Source of the DNA: an uncultured delta proteobacterium | GTDB taxonomy: Bacteria > Desulfobacterota > Binatia > UBA9968 | Direction of reading: 5' to 3' | NCBI GenBank assembly: GCA_963755715.1 | Contig: CAVWLW010000056.1 | Span: forward strand, 1 to 64,000 | Length of the DNA: 64,000 nucleotides | Part shown: piece after piece, positions 1 through 9,966 of the stretch | Layout of the letters: each line of letters opens with the position of its first letter | Position numbering within the stretch: the first letter of the stretch is position 1 | Notes under the pieces: generated by a model | Told to the model about the DNA's origin: nothing | The model's database searches: none | What the model saw: only the letters and a program-made list of their open reading frames with translations | Program-made: the position numbers and the translations under genes

Positions 1-506
1 GGCTAGCGAGCTGCGCCGCGAGATCGAGGAATTCTTATATTTCGAAGCGGAATTGCTCGACGACAGAAGGTTGCGCGAGTGGTTCGATTATTCGCCGACG
101 ATATTCGCTACTGGATGCCGATCCGCTACAACCTGTTCGAGCGGCCCGAAGATATCCGCGACGAGCTGTCAAAGCCCGGCGAAGGTTTCTACTTCGACGA
201 CGATAGGAGAGCCTCAAGATCCGAGTTGAGCGCGCCTACGCCAAAAACGCCTGGGCGGAGATGCCGCCGTCGCGCACGCGCCATTTGATTACCAACATTC
301 GTATCAAGAAAGATGACGGCCGCGAGATCGAAGTCCACAGCAATTTCCTCGTTTACCGCACGCGCATGGAAAACGACCAGGATATGTTCGTCGGAGAGAG
401 GCAAGACATTCTGCGCCGCGTCGACGGCGGCTTTAAGATCGCCAAGCGGACGATCATCTTGGATCAGGCGGTGTTGACGGCGAAGAATATCAGCGTGTTT
501 TTGTAG
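1..506 (+). CDS. Aromatic-ring-hydroxylating dioxygenase beta subunit (SnoaL-like), 5' truncated by window, two apparent frameshifts (~88, ~210)
   Basis: Joining frames gives EIEEFLYFEAELLDDRRLREW...IRYWMP...WAEMPPSRTRHLITNI...SNFLVYRTR...GERQDILRR...KIAKRTIILDQAVLTAKNISVFL, typical of the beta subunit family. Confidence 0.85.
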
Positions 507-606
507 CAGTTTTCCTTGTTGCTTTTGATCTAATTATTTATCCGACGTAGGTGTCATTGATTACGTCCCTGGGCCTTCGTGCCGAGACGTGCGATAGATC
601 CAAAGA

Positions 607-630
607 GGGCGCGATGAATCGCGCCCCTAC
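607..630 (-). repeat. REP palindrome, GTAG family (GTAGGGGCGCGATTCATCGCGCCC)
   Basis: gggcgcgatgaatcgcgcccctac directly upstream of RAYT; near-identical copies elsewhere in the window. Confidence 0.85.
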
Positions 631-632
631 CG

Positions 633-1221
633 ATGCAACGTATGAAATACGACGGTGAAAAACACAAAAGGCGGTCGGTTCGATTGTCTGGATACGATTA
701 CGCTCAATCGGGGGCGTACTTTGTGACCATCTGCACACAGAATCGGGCTTGTTTGTTCGGTACTGTAACAGACGGTAAAGTGCGGTTGAACGATGCCGGG
801 CGAATCATACAAAACATGTGGTCGGAGTTGCCGGGTCGATTTTCACAGATAGATGTAGATAGCTTCGTTGTTATGCCCAATCACATTCATGGCATTATCG
901 TGGTAGGGGCGCAATTTATTGCGCCCTCAAATTCGTTGCCTAGTATAGGTCGAAGACGCCGCCCGGGGCGCGATGAATCGCGCCCCTACAGTGGGAGAGA
1001 TCATACGCATGTACAAGGCTGTATCGGCGCGTGCAATTCGATCCACCATAAACGCGGATTTTAGATGGCAGCGCAATTACTACGAGCATATCGTTCGCAA
1101 TGAAGAGTCTTTGAATCGCATCCGGCAATACATCGTCGATAATCCGATCCGGTGGGATTCGGACCGAGATAATCCGGCGGTAATAACTCCCGAACCGAAA
1201 GATGCGTGGCAATTGCGATAG
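633..1221 (+). mobile_element. REP-associated tyrosine transposase (RAYT, Y1/IS200-like HUH), split by a frameshift at ~945-965
   Basis: Motifs RRSVRLSGYDY, YFVTICT, VVMPNHIHGI (HUH), WQRNYYEHIVR, YIVDNP across ORFs 633..1064 and 973..1221; flanked by GTAG REPs. Confidence 0.9.
903..989. repeat. Inverted pair of GTAG REPs inside the RAYT coding sequence
   Basis: gtaggggcgcaatttattgcgccc (903-926) and ggggcgcgatgaatcgcgcccctac (965-989); translated as VGAQFIAP and GAMNRAPT. Confidence 0.85.
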
Positions 1222-1246
1222 TCTATACGCTCAACGGGAAGAAAGA

Positions 1247-1269
1247 GGGCGCGATGCATCGCCCCCTAC
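1247..1269 (-). repeat. REP palindrome, GTAG family (variant)
   Basis: gggcgcgatgcatcgccccctac downstream of RAYT. Confidence 0.75.
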
Positions 1270-1276
1270 ACAGAAA

Positions 1277-2557
1277 TTACTGCTTCTCATTCGATTGCAG
1301 CGCGTCCAGCGCTTTCTGCACCAGTTTTCGCCGCAGCTCTTTTTCCTCCGCGGGCGGCAGTTTAGCATCGCCGGTGACGTGCACGATGCCCGTGCCCAAG
1401 ACGACGCGGTTGGAACCGACCATTTTGGCGATCGGCTTCGCGGCGGTAATTTGTACCACCGGGATGCCGGCTTTTTCCAGTTCGGTCGTGATCGCAGCGC
1501 CGCTGCGAGTGCTGGTTCCTCACGTCGAGGTGAGAATGATCGCATCGATGCCGTCCCGTTTGGCCTTTTCCGCTATCTCTCGGCCGAGGCGGCGTGTGTT
1601 TGACAGAGGATTGGATCGGCCGCAGGTGGAGATGAATTCGTCGTGCAGTTTGCCGATGACGCCGTTTTTCTCCATCTCGCGCATGGCGTCGAGGGGCACC
1701 AGCCGGTCGGGATCTTCCTGAACGAATCGGGTGTCGTAGCCGCCGTGGGAAACTTCATAGTCTTCCCCGCGCAAATCATCGCTCCCTTCGATGTTGTAAG
1801 AACCCCAACGGGTCGCCGCGGTGCCTTCGATCCGATCGGGATTGCCCTTAGGCACAAGCCCGCCATCCGTGATCAGCATGACTTTCGCCATCGATAAATC
1901 CCTGATTGCCGCCGGCATGGGCACCGGCGCGAAGGAGGTCGCCGGCATCTCAGATTCAAAGGCCTCTCCTTTCATTTTGGCCAAGAGCATGTCGACGAGC
2001 CGGGTTCCAGCCCTTTTCTCGACCAGTTGGTCGCGCAGCCAGCCCCGGCGCAAATAACCTTCTTCGGCCGGCGAACCGATCGGCTCGTTGGCTGAAAGTT
2101 TTTTGCCGAGCGCTGCCATCTCGGTGACCACGTCGCGCAGCTTGGTGACGTTGGTGCCGGAGTCGATGATATAGAGAGCATCGCGATAAAGATCGACGCC
2201 GGGATTCTCCTCGCTCATGGCGGTGACGACGGGAATGCCCAATTCAGCTTGGACTGCGCGGCAGAGCGCGCCGGCTGCCATGCCGTAGCGGCCGGCATCG
2301 AAGCAGGGGCCGGCGACAAACAGATCCACGTTCACCTCGCGGAGTTTTTTCAGGACGGCAGCCGTGAGCTCGTCTTGATGCTCGACGGCGTAATTATCAC
2401 CGCAGACAAAAGTTAGCGCGACGTGCGCACCATCGAGCGACGATTCCAATAATTTGCCGGGACCCACCGCGCCGTCGCGAATTTCCAAGCCGATGCCGGC
2501 GTGCTCTTCCGCGCCGATGCCGCCGAAGAATTGATTGAGATAGTGCGCGATTTGCAT
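1277..2557 (-). CDS. grdB: Glycine/sarcosine/betaine reductase selenoprotein B-like, in-frame UGA (Sec) at 1520-1522
   Basis: HYLNQFFGGIG, CGDNY, GPCFDAGRYG, HGGYD, DPDRLVPLD; reads through ILTST-U-GTSTRSGAAITTELEKAGIPVVQIT...VGSNRVV in the same frame to the stop at 1277; substrate specificity unknown. Confidence 0.88.
1492..1508 (-). promoter_or_regulatory. Putative bacterial SECIS hairpin of the grdB-like gene
   Basis: On the minus strand UCGCAGC-GGC-GCUGCGA (7-bp stem, G-starting loop); the loop begins 19 nt after the UGA. Confidence 0.55.
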
Positions 2558-2568
2558 AGGTGACTCCT

Positions 2569-2653
2569 AAGGCAATAGGCACAGGCAATAGTCGGAAACA
2601 CATTTCGGGCGCTTTGCTCCTACTAATGCCTATTGCCTGGTGCCTAATGCCTT
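2569..2653. repeat. Intergenic inverted repeat built from AGGCAAT-like units
   Basis: aaggcaataggcacaggcaatag ... ctattgcctggtgcctaatgcctt. Confidence 0.6.
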
Positions 2654-2655
2654 TT

Positions 2656-3936
2656 TCAGTAAACCATTGCTCTCATTCTCGATGCGCCCTGCTGATTGGT
2701 TACGCCGACGATGTTGGCGGCGTCGACCGTCATCGGCCCCGCGAGCAATTCAGTGAATTCCGCCGTCGCTGCGATGATCCGGTCGAGCCGCGGCACCTGC
2801 CATTTCGTGCCGTTGCCGCCGTTGTAGACGATCGCGTCGACTTCCGGGACGTTGAATAGCAGCGCCGACTCGACACGCCGGTCGCGCGAAACGTCAGACA
2901 CCATCACCGCCGTTCGTATTCCCATGTTTTCGAGCAAGCGCGCGGTTTCGGCAAGATCGGCGTGGGGCAAGCCACCGCCGTATTTTGACAACACCGCGCC
3001 GTCGGCTTGCAAGTTCCATTTGACGAGATTGGCAGCGGCACGGCAATGGCGGTCGCGATCGAAGTTGTCCGAACCGGCGATGGTCGCGACCGTCCCGACG
3101 AAATTTATTTCGCGCGCGTGATGGCGGCGGTAGAGATCGAGAATGATCGGATGATTTTGATAAAAATAGGTTTCCGTGCCGCCAAACCAGGAATGCAACG
3201 ACGGCACGACGGCGCCGTCGAGCCATTCATCGGGATGAAGCATGATCGGCAACATGCCATCGGTGTTGGCGCCGTAAAGAATCGGCTCGTCGACCTCCGG
3301 TTTGCGCTGGCGTGAAAAAATCTGTCCGACATAAGCGACGCGCGGCAGACCTTCTCGCGTCTTATCCGCGGGGCTCACGGGCTCGAAAGTTTCCACCGTT
3401 GCCGAGGGATGACTGAGCGCAAGCCGTGCTAGCGCGACAGCGACTTTAATGCCGGCCACGCGATAAACTTTTTCGATTGCTTGGCGCGCCAGTCCAGGTT
3501 TGGTGTGCGGGATCACCAGCAAGTGCATAAGCGCCGCGTAATCGCTCGCCGCTGCCGGCGCTCCGCTCATCTCCAACACCCGGCCGGTGGCACTGCGCGT
3601 CAGGTCAGGAGAAATTTCGGCTAAGACAGATACTGCGGCGCCCCGCAGAACATGTGTCGTTCCGATACCCGCGGTGGTCGCCGCTCCCAAAATGCCGGGA
3701 AAATCAGAACCGTTGCCGGGCGCTTTCGCGCGCGGTTCGATGACATCGAAGATCGGTCCGGCACGGCACGCTTCGCCGGGGCGAACGATGTCGAAATCGA
3801 TGCTGACGATGGAGTCGTCCTCGAGAAGCAGCGAACGCAGCACGGCCGGATCAACGGTCAAAACCGTCTCGTCGAGACGTGTCGGAGAACCGAACTGCAA
3901 ATCGGTGATTGGATGATCCGCCAAAGTTAGCTGCAT
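2656..3936 (-). CDS. grdE: Glycine/sarcosine/betaine reductase component B alpha/beta proprotein-like
   Basis: N-terminus ITDLQFGSPTRLDETVLTVD, IVRPGE, FDVIEPRAK, DFPG, GTTHVLRG, LHPDEWLDGAVV, TYFYQNHPII, directly upstream of grdB-like gene. Confidence 0.8.
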   Translation of the reverse strand: MQLTLADHPITDLQFGSPTRLDETVLTVDPAVLRSLLLEDDSIVSIDFDIVRPGEACRAGPIFDVIEPRAKAPGNGSDFPGILGAATTAGIGTTHVLRGAAVSVLAEISPDLTRSATGRVLEMSGAPAAASDYAALMHLLVIPHTKPGLARQAIEKVYRVAGIKVAVALARLALSHPSATVETFEPVSPADKTREGLPRVAYVGQIFSRQRKPEVDEPILYGANTDGMLPIMLHPDEWLDGAVVPSLHSWFGGTETYFYQNHPIILDLYRRHHAREINFVGTVATIAGSDNFDRDRHCRAAANLVKWNLQADGAVLSKYGGGLPHADLAETARLLENMGIRTAVMVSDVSRDRRVESALLFNVPEVDAIVYNGGNGTKWQVPRLDRIIAATAEFTELLAGPMTVDAANIVGVTNQQGASRMRAMVY

Positions 3937-4123
3937 GGATTCTTACTCTGGCTCGGCTACGCCGAGCAAAATCAATCGCCGCGACTGGCGGAATCTTATG
4001 CCTTGGCGCAGAAGCTTGTCAACGCGCGATAAAAGTAAGGTTGTGGGTTCATTTTCAATCCACCATGGGTCTTAACTCGAGAAGTATTCCTTGCCGGCCG
4101 GAACCACAACCAAATCAGCATTT

Positions 4124-4249
4124 GTCATCTCGAACCCTTCGGACAGACTCAGGGTAAACTCCGTGAGAGATCTTTCCCAAACGGAACCATCACCTAAATT
4201 GCTCCGAGGCTTTGAGAAAGAAAGATCCCTCACGTTCGTTCGGGATGAC
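4124..4249. repeat. Inverted pair of GTCATC...GATCT REP-like elements
   Basis: gtcatctcgaac...cgtgagagatcttt versus aaagatccctcacgttcgttcgggatgac; related copy at 44821-44847. Confidence 0.6.
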
Positions 4250-4387
4250 AAGAGCTTGCATGTGATTCAAAGCAGATGTTTATCGAGTGAAACCACGTAT
4301 GACCCCGTGCCCTGAGATTGGAGGGGTTCTGTATGTTTCTCATGAAGCTGAAAGAATGATAATGAACGCTTGCGGACGTATGAAGCC

Positions 4388-5872
4388 ATGAATCGCTTTT
4401 CACCAAATCCAAACTCGGCTCATTTGATTCATTGGACCGAGTCCGAAGACGACGCCTTTCGAAAAGCGCGCGAACAAGACCGGCCTATTATGCTTTTTTT
4501 GGCGGCGTTCTGGTGTCGCTACTGCCAGCGCATGGACGAGGGGGCGTTTTCCGACCGGGAAAACATGGCTTTGCTGAACGCCTATTTCATCGCGCTCCGA
4601 ATCGAAAACGCCAAGCGGCCCGACATCGACGCGCGCTATAATCTCAACGGCTGGCCGACGATCGCCTTTCTGACTCCCAACGGTAAACTTCTCGCGGCGG
4701 CCAATTATCTTCCCAGCGACGAGTTCAAAGAGTTTTTGCTTAACGTGTACATGGAGTACGAGCAACGGAAAGACGAGTTGCGAATAAGCGACACTACCGA
4801 AACCGCAGACGTGCCGGCGCTCCAGACCACTGAAAAAATTGCGCCGAGCGTCTCCAGTCTTCGACAGATTACGAATTCAATCTTAACGCTGGCTGATCGC
4901 GTGAACGGCGGCTATGGCAACGGGCAAAAATTCATTCACGCTGAAGCGAATGAATTCCTCCTTTCTTGTTATGAAGCGACCAAAGACTCGGCCTGCCTCG
5001 ATCACGCGCGCTTAACGCTGGAGCGGATGCGCGCAGGCCCGATCTATGATGAAAAAGAAGACGGCTACTTTCGCACGACGACCGGCGCCGACTGGACGCA
5101 GCCGCACCGGGAGAAGCTTTTGGCCGAGCAGGCTGGCTTGCTGGCCAATTGCCTGCGCCTGTTTCGTATCACGCAACGCCCCGATTATGCGCGTATGGCT
5201 GAAGAAATAATCGGATATCTGAATAAAAAACTCTTCGACCCTTCCAAGCCGGCATTCTTTGGCTGTGAAGATTTCCTGCGCCGGGACGAGAGCACGAGGA
5301 CCGACGAGTTCTTTACCATCATCGACGAATGCATCTACTGCGATGCCAATGCAGCGGCGATCGTCGCGTATTTGGATGCCGCGCGGATTTTGCATCGAGC
5401 GGATCTTAGAACGCAGGCGCTGGGTGTGCTTGAGTTTCTTTGGGATCGCTGCCGCAGCGCCGATGAAGGCATGTATCACTGCTTTGACGAGGGACCACGA
5501 GCGCCCGGATTGCTCATCGATCAGGCGCGCATGGGAATGGCGCTGGTGCAAGCGTTCCACGCAACCGGCAAAGCTGTTTTTCTCGAGCGCGCGAAGGAAC
5601 TGGCGAAGATTATCGTATTGCGACTCGCCAATTCAAAAGGCGGTTACTTCGATCGTGGGCAGAGCGAGCTGGCCTTTTTTGGCGCGCCTTTGACGTTGAT
5701 CGATCAAAACGGCGTCGCGGCTTCGTTCTTTCTCAGGCTCGCCGCAGCGAGCGGCGAGCCTGCATACCGCGATGCCGCGCTTCGGGCCTTGGGCGCCTTT
5801 AGCGGGGACTTCGCGGCTTACGGTATCGATGCGGCTCCGTACGGCCACGCGTTGAGTGAATTTTTCGCCTAA
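4388..5872 (+). CDS. Thioredoxin-domain protein, YyaL/DUF255 (SPATA20-like) family
   Basis: IHW..AFRKAREQDRPIML..FWCRYCQRMD, LNAYFI..RPDIDARY, GWPTIAFLTP, DW..PH.EKLL..QA, followed by an (alpha/alpha)6-like region. Confidence 0.8.
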   Translation: MNRFSPNPNSAHLIHWTESEDDAFRKAREQDRPIMLFLAAFWCRYCQRMDEGAFSDRENMALLNAYFIALRIENAKRPDIDARYNLNGWPTIAFLTPNGKLLAAANYLPSDEFKEFLLNVYMEYEQRKDELRISDTTETADVPALQTTEKIAPSVSSLRQITNSILTLADRVNGGYGNGQKFIHAEANEFLLSCYEATKDSACLDHARLTLERMRAGPIYDEKEDGYFRTTTGADWTQPHREKLLAEQAGLLANCLRLFRITQRPDYARMAEEIIGYLNKKLFDPSKPAFFGCEDFLRRDESTRTDEFFTIIDECIYCDANAAAIVAYLDAARILHRADLRTQALGVLEFLWDRCRSADEGMYHCFDEGPRAPGLLIDQARMGMALVQAFHATGKAVFLERAKELAKIIVLRLANSKGGYFDRGQSELAFFGAPLTLIDQNGVAASFFLRLAAASGEPAYRDAALRALGAFSGDFAAYGIDAAPYGHALSEFFA

Positions 5873-5910
5873 CAAACAGGTCGCCCCAATGCGCGTATCA
5901 GTTTGTTTCC

Positions 5911-7443
5911 CTACCTGATCTTCATATCGGCAACGATGATTTCGTTGTTCGGATTGCCTTGCCAAATAATATTTCGCGCTAGGCCGTAAATTTCCGCGAG
6001 CGTGTAGAGCGGCACGACCGGGGCATCTTCCATCACGATACGCCCGGCCTGCTGCAGCACGGCAATCCGTTTTTTATGATCGCCGGTCTGCTGTTCTTCC
6101 TCGATGAGCTTATCCAGCTCAGGATTGCTGTAGCCGGTGCGCTTGGTTACGCCGGTGTGAAAGTATTGATCGTAAAAAGTATCAGCGTCATATGCGGAGC
6201 GGCCGGCATAGTAGAAGGGCAGCTTGCCGCCGTTGACGCCGTCGCGTCCCCAATAGATCGGATACTCTTGCGGCACGAGCTCTGCTTTGATGCCGCTCTC
6301 GGCGAGTTGCCGCGCGATCACCTGGCAGACTTCCTTGCCTTTGAGATGACGGTCGGGCGCCAGGTAAAGCTTAACCTCCAAACCGTTCGGGTAACCCGCT
6401 TTGGCGAGCAGCTCGCGCGCTTTTTTGGGATCGAACGGGTAGCGCTTGATCGCCGGGTCGTAGCCGATCATGTTCGAGCTTAACGGGCCGTTCAGCGCAT
6501 AGCCGTTTCCCTCGAAGATGTGTCTCAGAATGACCGTCGGGTCGACGGAATAATTGAATGCCTGGCGCACGAGCTTATTGTCGAACGGCTTGTGGGTCAC
6601 GTTCATCGTCAAAAAATACATGCGGTAACCCTGAACTTTTTCGACCCGCGTACGCGGGTTCTTAACCACCCGTTCGATTTCTTCGATCGGCAGGTTGCTG
6701 ATCGCATCCGCCTGACCGGCCAAGAGCCCGGCAACGCGCGCCGATTCTTCCTTGACCGTCTTAAACAGAACTTCTTTGATCTCCGGCTTGGCGCGCCAAT
6801 AATCGTCATTGCGCGCGAGCACTAAATTCCCCGCGCGCTGCCAACTGACGAGCTTGTAGGGCCCGGTGCCGATTTTATAATTGTCGAGCTCATTCGCGGT
6901 TTTTTCGACCGCCGATTGGCTGACGATGAAGCGATTATTCAAGCGTTCGAGCAGCACTGCGTTAGGCTGTTTGGTCGCGATGGTTACGGTGTAATCGTCG
7001 GGAGCCTCGATATTTGTCACTTCGTTGAAATTGGACGCTTGTAGACTCTTGCGGTCTTTGACCATGCGGTCGAAGGAGAACAACACGTCTTTGGACGTAA
7101 ACGGTGAGCCGTCGTGAAAACGAATATTCTTGCGCAAGCGAAAGAGCCATTTTCTCCCCTGAAACTCCCACGACTCGGCCAATACACCGACATATTCGGC
7201 GCGCGAATAGTCCATTTCGATCAACGGCTCGATGACGTGCTGCCAAATGCCGCTGATGCCGCCGCCGCTATAGGCGTAAGGGTGCAGCGAATCCAGGCCG
7301 ACGCCTTGAAACACGACGACGCGACTTTTCGAGGCGGCGAATGCCGTGCCCGTGCGGGCGGCGACGGTTAAACCGGTGAGCCCTAGAACAGCGGCGCTTT
7401 TCAAAAACTGACGACGATTTAACTGGGAATCATTCGCACCCAT
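5911..7443 (-). CDS. ABC transporter substrate-binding protein, family 5 (peptide/nickel-like), Tat signal
   Basis: RRQFLK Tat motif; LAESW, FHDGSPFTSKDVLFSF, IGTGPYK, VRQAFNYSVD. Confidence 0.9.
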   Translation of the reverse strand: MGANDSQLNRRQFLKSAAVLGLTGLTVAARTGTAFAASKSRVVVFQGVGLDSLHPYAYSGGGISGIWQHVIEPLIEMDYSRAEYVGVLAESWEFQGRKWLFRLRKNIRFHDGSPFTSKDVLFSFDRMVKDRKSLQASNFNEVTNIEAPDDYTVTIATKQPNAVLLERLNNRFIVSQSAVEKTANELDNYKIGTGPYKLVSWQRAGNLVLARNDDYWRAKPEIKEVLFKTVKEESARVAGLLAGQADAISNLPIEEIERVVKNPRTRVEKVQGYRMYFLTMNVTHKPFDNKLVRQAFNYSVDPTVILRHIFEGNGYALNGPLSSNMIGYDPAIKRYPFDPKKARELLAKAGYPNGLEVKLYLAPDRHLKGKEVCQVIARQLAESGIKAELVPQEYPIYWGRDGVNGGKLPFYYAGRSAYDADTFYDQYFHTGVTKRTGYSNPELDKLIEEEQQTGDHKKRIAVLQQAGRIVMEDAPVVPLYTLAEIYGLARNIIWQGNPNNEIIVADMKIR

Positions 7444-7547
7444 GGGCGACCTCCGTATTCGATCGAGGCGAGATGCGGTAAGGGATTGCTGTCCGCTTAT
7501 AGCTGCACCGCAGGATTATCGTCAAGGTGTTTTCGTTGTGTGGCAGA

Positions 7548-7569
7548 GGGCGCGATGAATCGCGCCCCT
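7548..7569 (-). repeat. REP palindrome, GTAG family (distant copy)
   Basis: gggcgcgatgaatcgcgcccct, same core as 607-630, next to the copD stop codon. Confidence 0.75.
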
Positions 7570-7570
7570 C

Positions 7571-9610
7571 CTAGTGCACGTGATCGTCGGGGGCCGGTGC
7601 GCGGGGTTTTTCTTTGCGCAGGAGATCGACCTGCGCCATTAATAATTCGCTCTTTCGCCATGCGTCATTTTCCGCGGGCAGCCAGCGCGCCCGAATGTAG
7701 CCTTGCTTGTCGATCAGATATTCCACGTGGGGTGTATTTAAGACGGGGTTTTCATCGTTGAACGATCGGGCGAAGAGTTTATAGGTCTCGGTGATTTCCC
7801 GGCCGCCTTCACTGACGATGGCTCCAGGTAACTTGTCGGCGACGTAGAACTGATCGATGAGGTTGGGGATGATGATAATCTCGACGCCGGAGGATTGTAA
7901 TTGGGGCAGAATACGGTCGAGTTGCTTCAACCGTTCTTCAGTGTCCTGCAGATTGAGCATGACAAGCAGCACGATCTTGGTGCCGCGATGATCCTTGAGC
8001 GTTTTCGGTTCTCCGGCATTGGTCCCATAGGCAAAATCCGGCGCGACGAGCCACGGGTTATCGTCGATGATCGGCGCCAGCGCGCGGGCTCGCTCGCCGC
8101 TCGAGAGCGCGCGCAGGTAATTGATCAGGTCCCAGCGTTCTTCTTCGCTCAGGCTCGCGCTGAATCCCGGCATGGCGGATGATTGCTTGACGCCATAACT
8201 CAACCACCAAAAAAGATCGCCAGCAGTGTGCGCGTTGGCGTGGGGCGCAGTGAGATCGGCGGCTTTTGGATTTAGCTCCTGCCCGGCGGGGCCATCGCCG
8301 TAGCCGAGGGCGCCGTGACAAGCGACGCAACCGGTTTCTTCATAAAGTCCTTTGCCGTTGGCGACGGAGATCGCGTGGTACGCGACGGACGGTCGCTTGT
8401 AGGTCGCGGGGTAGGCGTCGATCGAGACCGCGGTATGAACAGCGTCGCCGCCATAGCCGAGCGCGCCCAAGCCGATTACCATCATCATCATGCGCCGACG
8501 TCGGCGCATGAGACCGGCGATCAGCGCGACGGCGCCGACCGCCATCCAAACCATGCCGCGTTCGACTTCAGCGCGCGCTTTGGGCGCCTTGTCGAGAATG
8601 CTCCAATCCCAACGGACAGAAAGCGGCCAGTCGGGCTGGACGTGGCGCGCCGGCGGCGTCACGTTCATGTGGCCGACGATCAACAGGATGAATAAGCCGA
8701 GCACGACTTCGATCATCACATTGCGAGTTAGTTGCTTTAGGTGATCGGTAGCTTCTCTAAGCTGAGTTGAGGGTGCCTCGAAAATGTTCGCCTTGAGCCG
8801 CAAACGATTGACGGCGGCGACAGCCAGCAAGGGAATCAGGAGGGCGATTTTTAGGAGCAACAAATTGCCATAATGCGTGCCGAGCAACGCTGCGAAACCA
8901 CCGACCAAGTTCCAAGCGTTGTAGGCGCCTGTGGCGATAAGAACTGCGACGCTGAAAACGCCGATGCGGGAAAAGCGTCGCGTCGCTTCTCTCGCAATCG
9001 CTAGCGCTGTGCTGTCATGGTCCCGATCACATTCTCGGAGTAGAACCGCGAGAGGAACGAGTCCGCCCAACCATATGCCGCTCGCCAACAGATGAAGCGC
9101 GTCGGCTGAAATCTGCATCGCCAAGGCTGCGCCCTCTGCTGTCGCGGCATGGCCCGAGAGTGATATTGAAATTAGCAAACACGCGCTCAAGCCGAAGCCG
9201 CCGGCGAGAACAAAAAACGAATCGTACCTAAGGCGATTTATTTCGGCGTGAAATAGAAGCGCCGGGAGCAAACTGAGCAGAACCATGCGCCCCAACCAGA
9301 CTTTTCCAAATTGTGTATCAGTCAGTAGAGATACAGGGTCAAGCCGATCGAAGAATGTCTGAGCTGTGGAATCGCTGACATTGATGACTTGGATACAGAG
9401 ACTGAGAACAGCAGACACGGAAAGCACGAATATGCTCCAGATTACGATCTGTCGGTGAAATCTTAGGTTTAGGATATCTCGACCATCGATTCCGATGCCG
9501 GCTTTTTCAACGGCGGAGCGAGCAATGAGCAAATTAAAAGCGAAGCTGCCGGTCAGGACCACAGCAGCTACGATCTGAACAAAGCGAACGACAGCCGATA
9601 GCTCAGTCAT
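7571..9610 (-). CDS. copD: CopD copper-transport domain fused to a cytochrome c domain and a C-terminal redoxin-like domain
   Basis: LSGHAA, DALHLLASGIWLGGL, RFSRIG, THYG.LLLLKIAL, PPARH; heme motif CVACHG with PKAADLT, AGDLFWWLSYG, MPGF; C-terminal APDF..TLKDHRG..EYLIDKQGYIRARW. Confidence 0.85.
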   Translation of the reverse strand: MTELSAVVRFVQIVAAVVLTGSFAFNLLIARSAVEKAGIGIDGRDILNLRFHRQIVIWSIFVLSVSAVLSLCIQVINVSDSTAQTFFDRLDPVSLLTDTQFGKVWLGRMVLLSLLPALLFHAEINRLRYDSFFVLAGGFGLSACLLISISLSGHAATAEGAALAMQISADALHLLASGIWLGGLVPLAVLLRECDRDHDSTALAIAREATRRFSRIGVFSVAVLIATGAYNAWNLVGGFAALLGTHYGNLLLLKIALLIPLLAVAAVNRLRLKANIFEAPSTQLREATDHLKQLTRNVMIEVVLGLFILLIVGHMNVTPPARHVQPDWPLSVRWDWSILDKAPKARAEVERGMVWMAVGAVALIAGLMRRRRRMMMMVIGLGALGYGGDAVHTAVSIDAYPATYKRPSVAYHAISVANGKGLYEETGCVACHGALGYGDGPAGQELNPKAADLTAPHANAHTAGDLFWWLSYGVKQSSAMPGFSASLSEEERWDLINYLRALSSGERARALAPIIDDNPWLVAPDFAYGTNAGEPKTLKDHRGTKIVLLVMLNLQDTEERLKQLDRILPQLQSSGVEIIIIPNLIDQFYVADKLPGAIVSEGGREITETYKLFARSFNDENPVLNTPHVEYLIDKQGYIRARWLPAENDAWRKSELLMAQVDLLRKEKPRAPAPDDHVH

Positions 9611-9966
9611 TGCTTGACGCTGAAGGGAAGCTGATCTTGAACGACATGGCCGTCGACGGACAGGACGCGATATTTGATCAGATAGCGTCCGGCGGGCAGA
9701 GTTTTGACCGACGCAGAGAGTTGCTTGGGATCGTCCCCGTTCACCTCGGCTTTGCCTATATCGACAGTTTTACCTTCAGCATCGCTCACGGTGAATGAAG
9801 AGTAGCGGGGTTCTAATCGCTCGTTGAACCAGAGTTGAATCTTTGCGGGCGCGCGAAAAAGCACCGCGCGTTGCGCAGGCACTGACTTGACGAGATAGGC
9901 GTGCGCGGAGACGGTCGATGGCGCAAGCAGCAAAATGATCAGCAGCGCGGCGCACGATCTAGACAT
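9607..9966 (-). CDS. copC: Copper resistance protein CopC
   Basis: Signal peptide then AHAYLVKSVP, LWFNERLE, YRVLSVDGH; start at 9966 overlaps upstream stop (TAATG). Confidence 0.9.
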   Translation of the reverse strand: MSRSCAALLIILLLAPSTVSAHAYLVKSVPAQRAVLFRAPAKIQLWFNERLEPRYSSFTVSDAEGKTVDIGKAEVNGDDPKQLSASVKTLPAGRYLIKYRVLSVDGHVVQDQLPFSVKQ

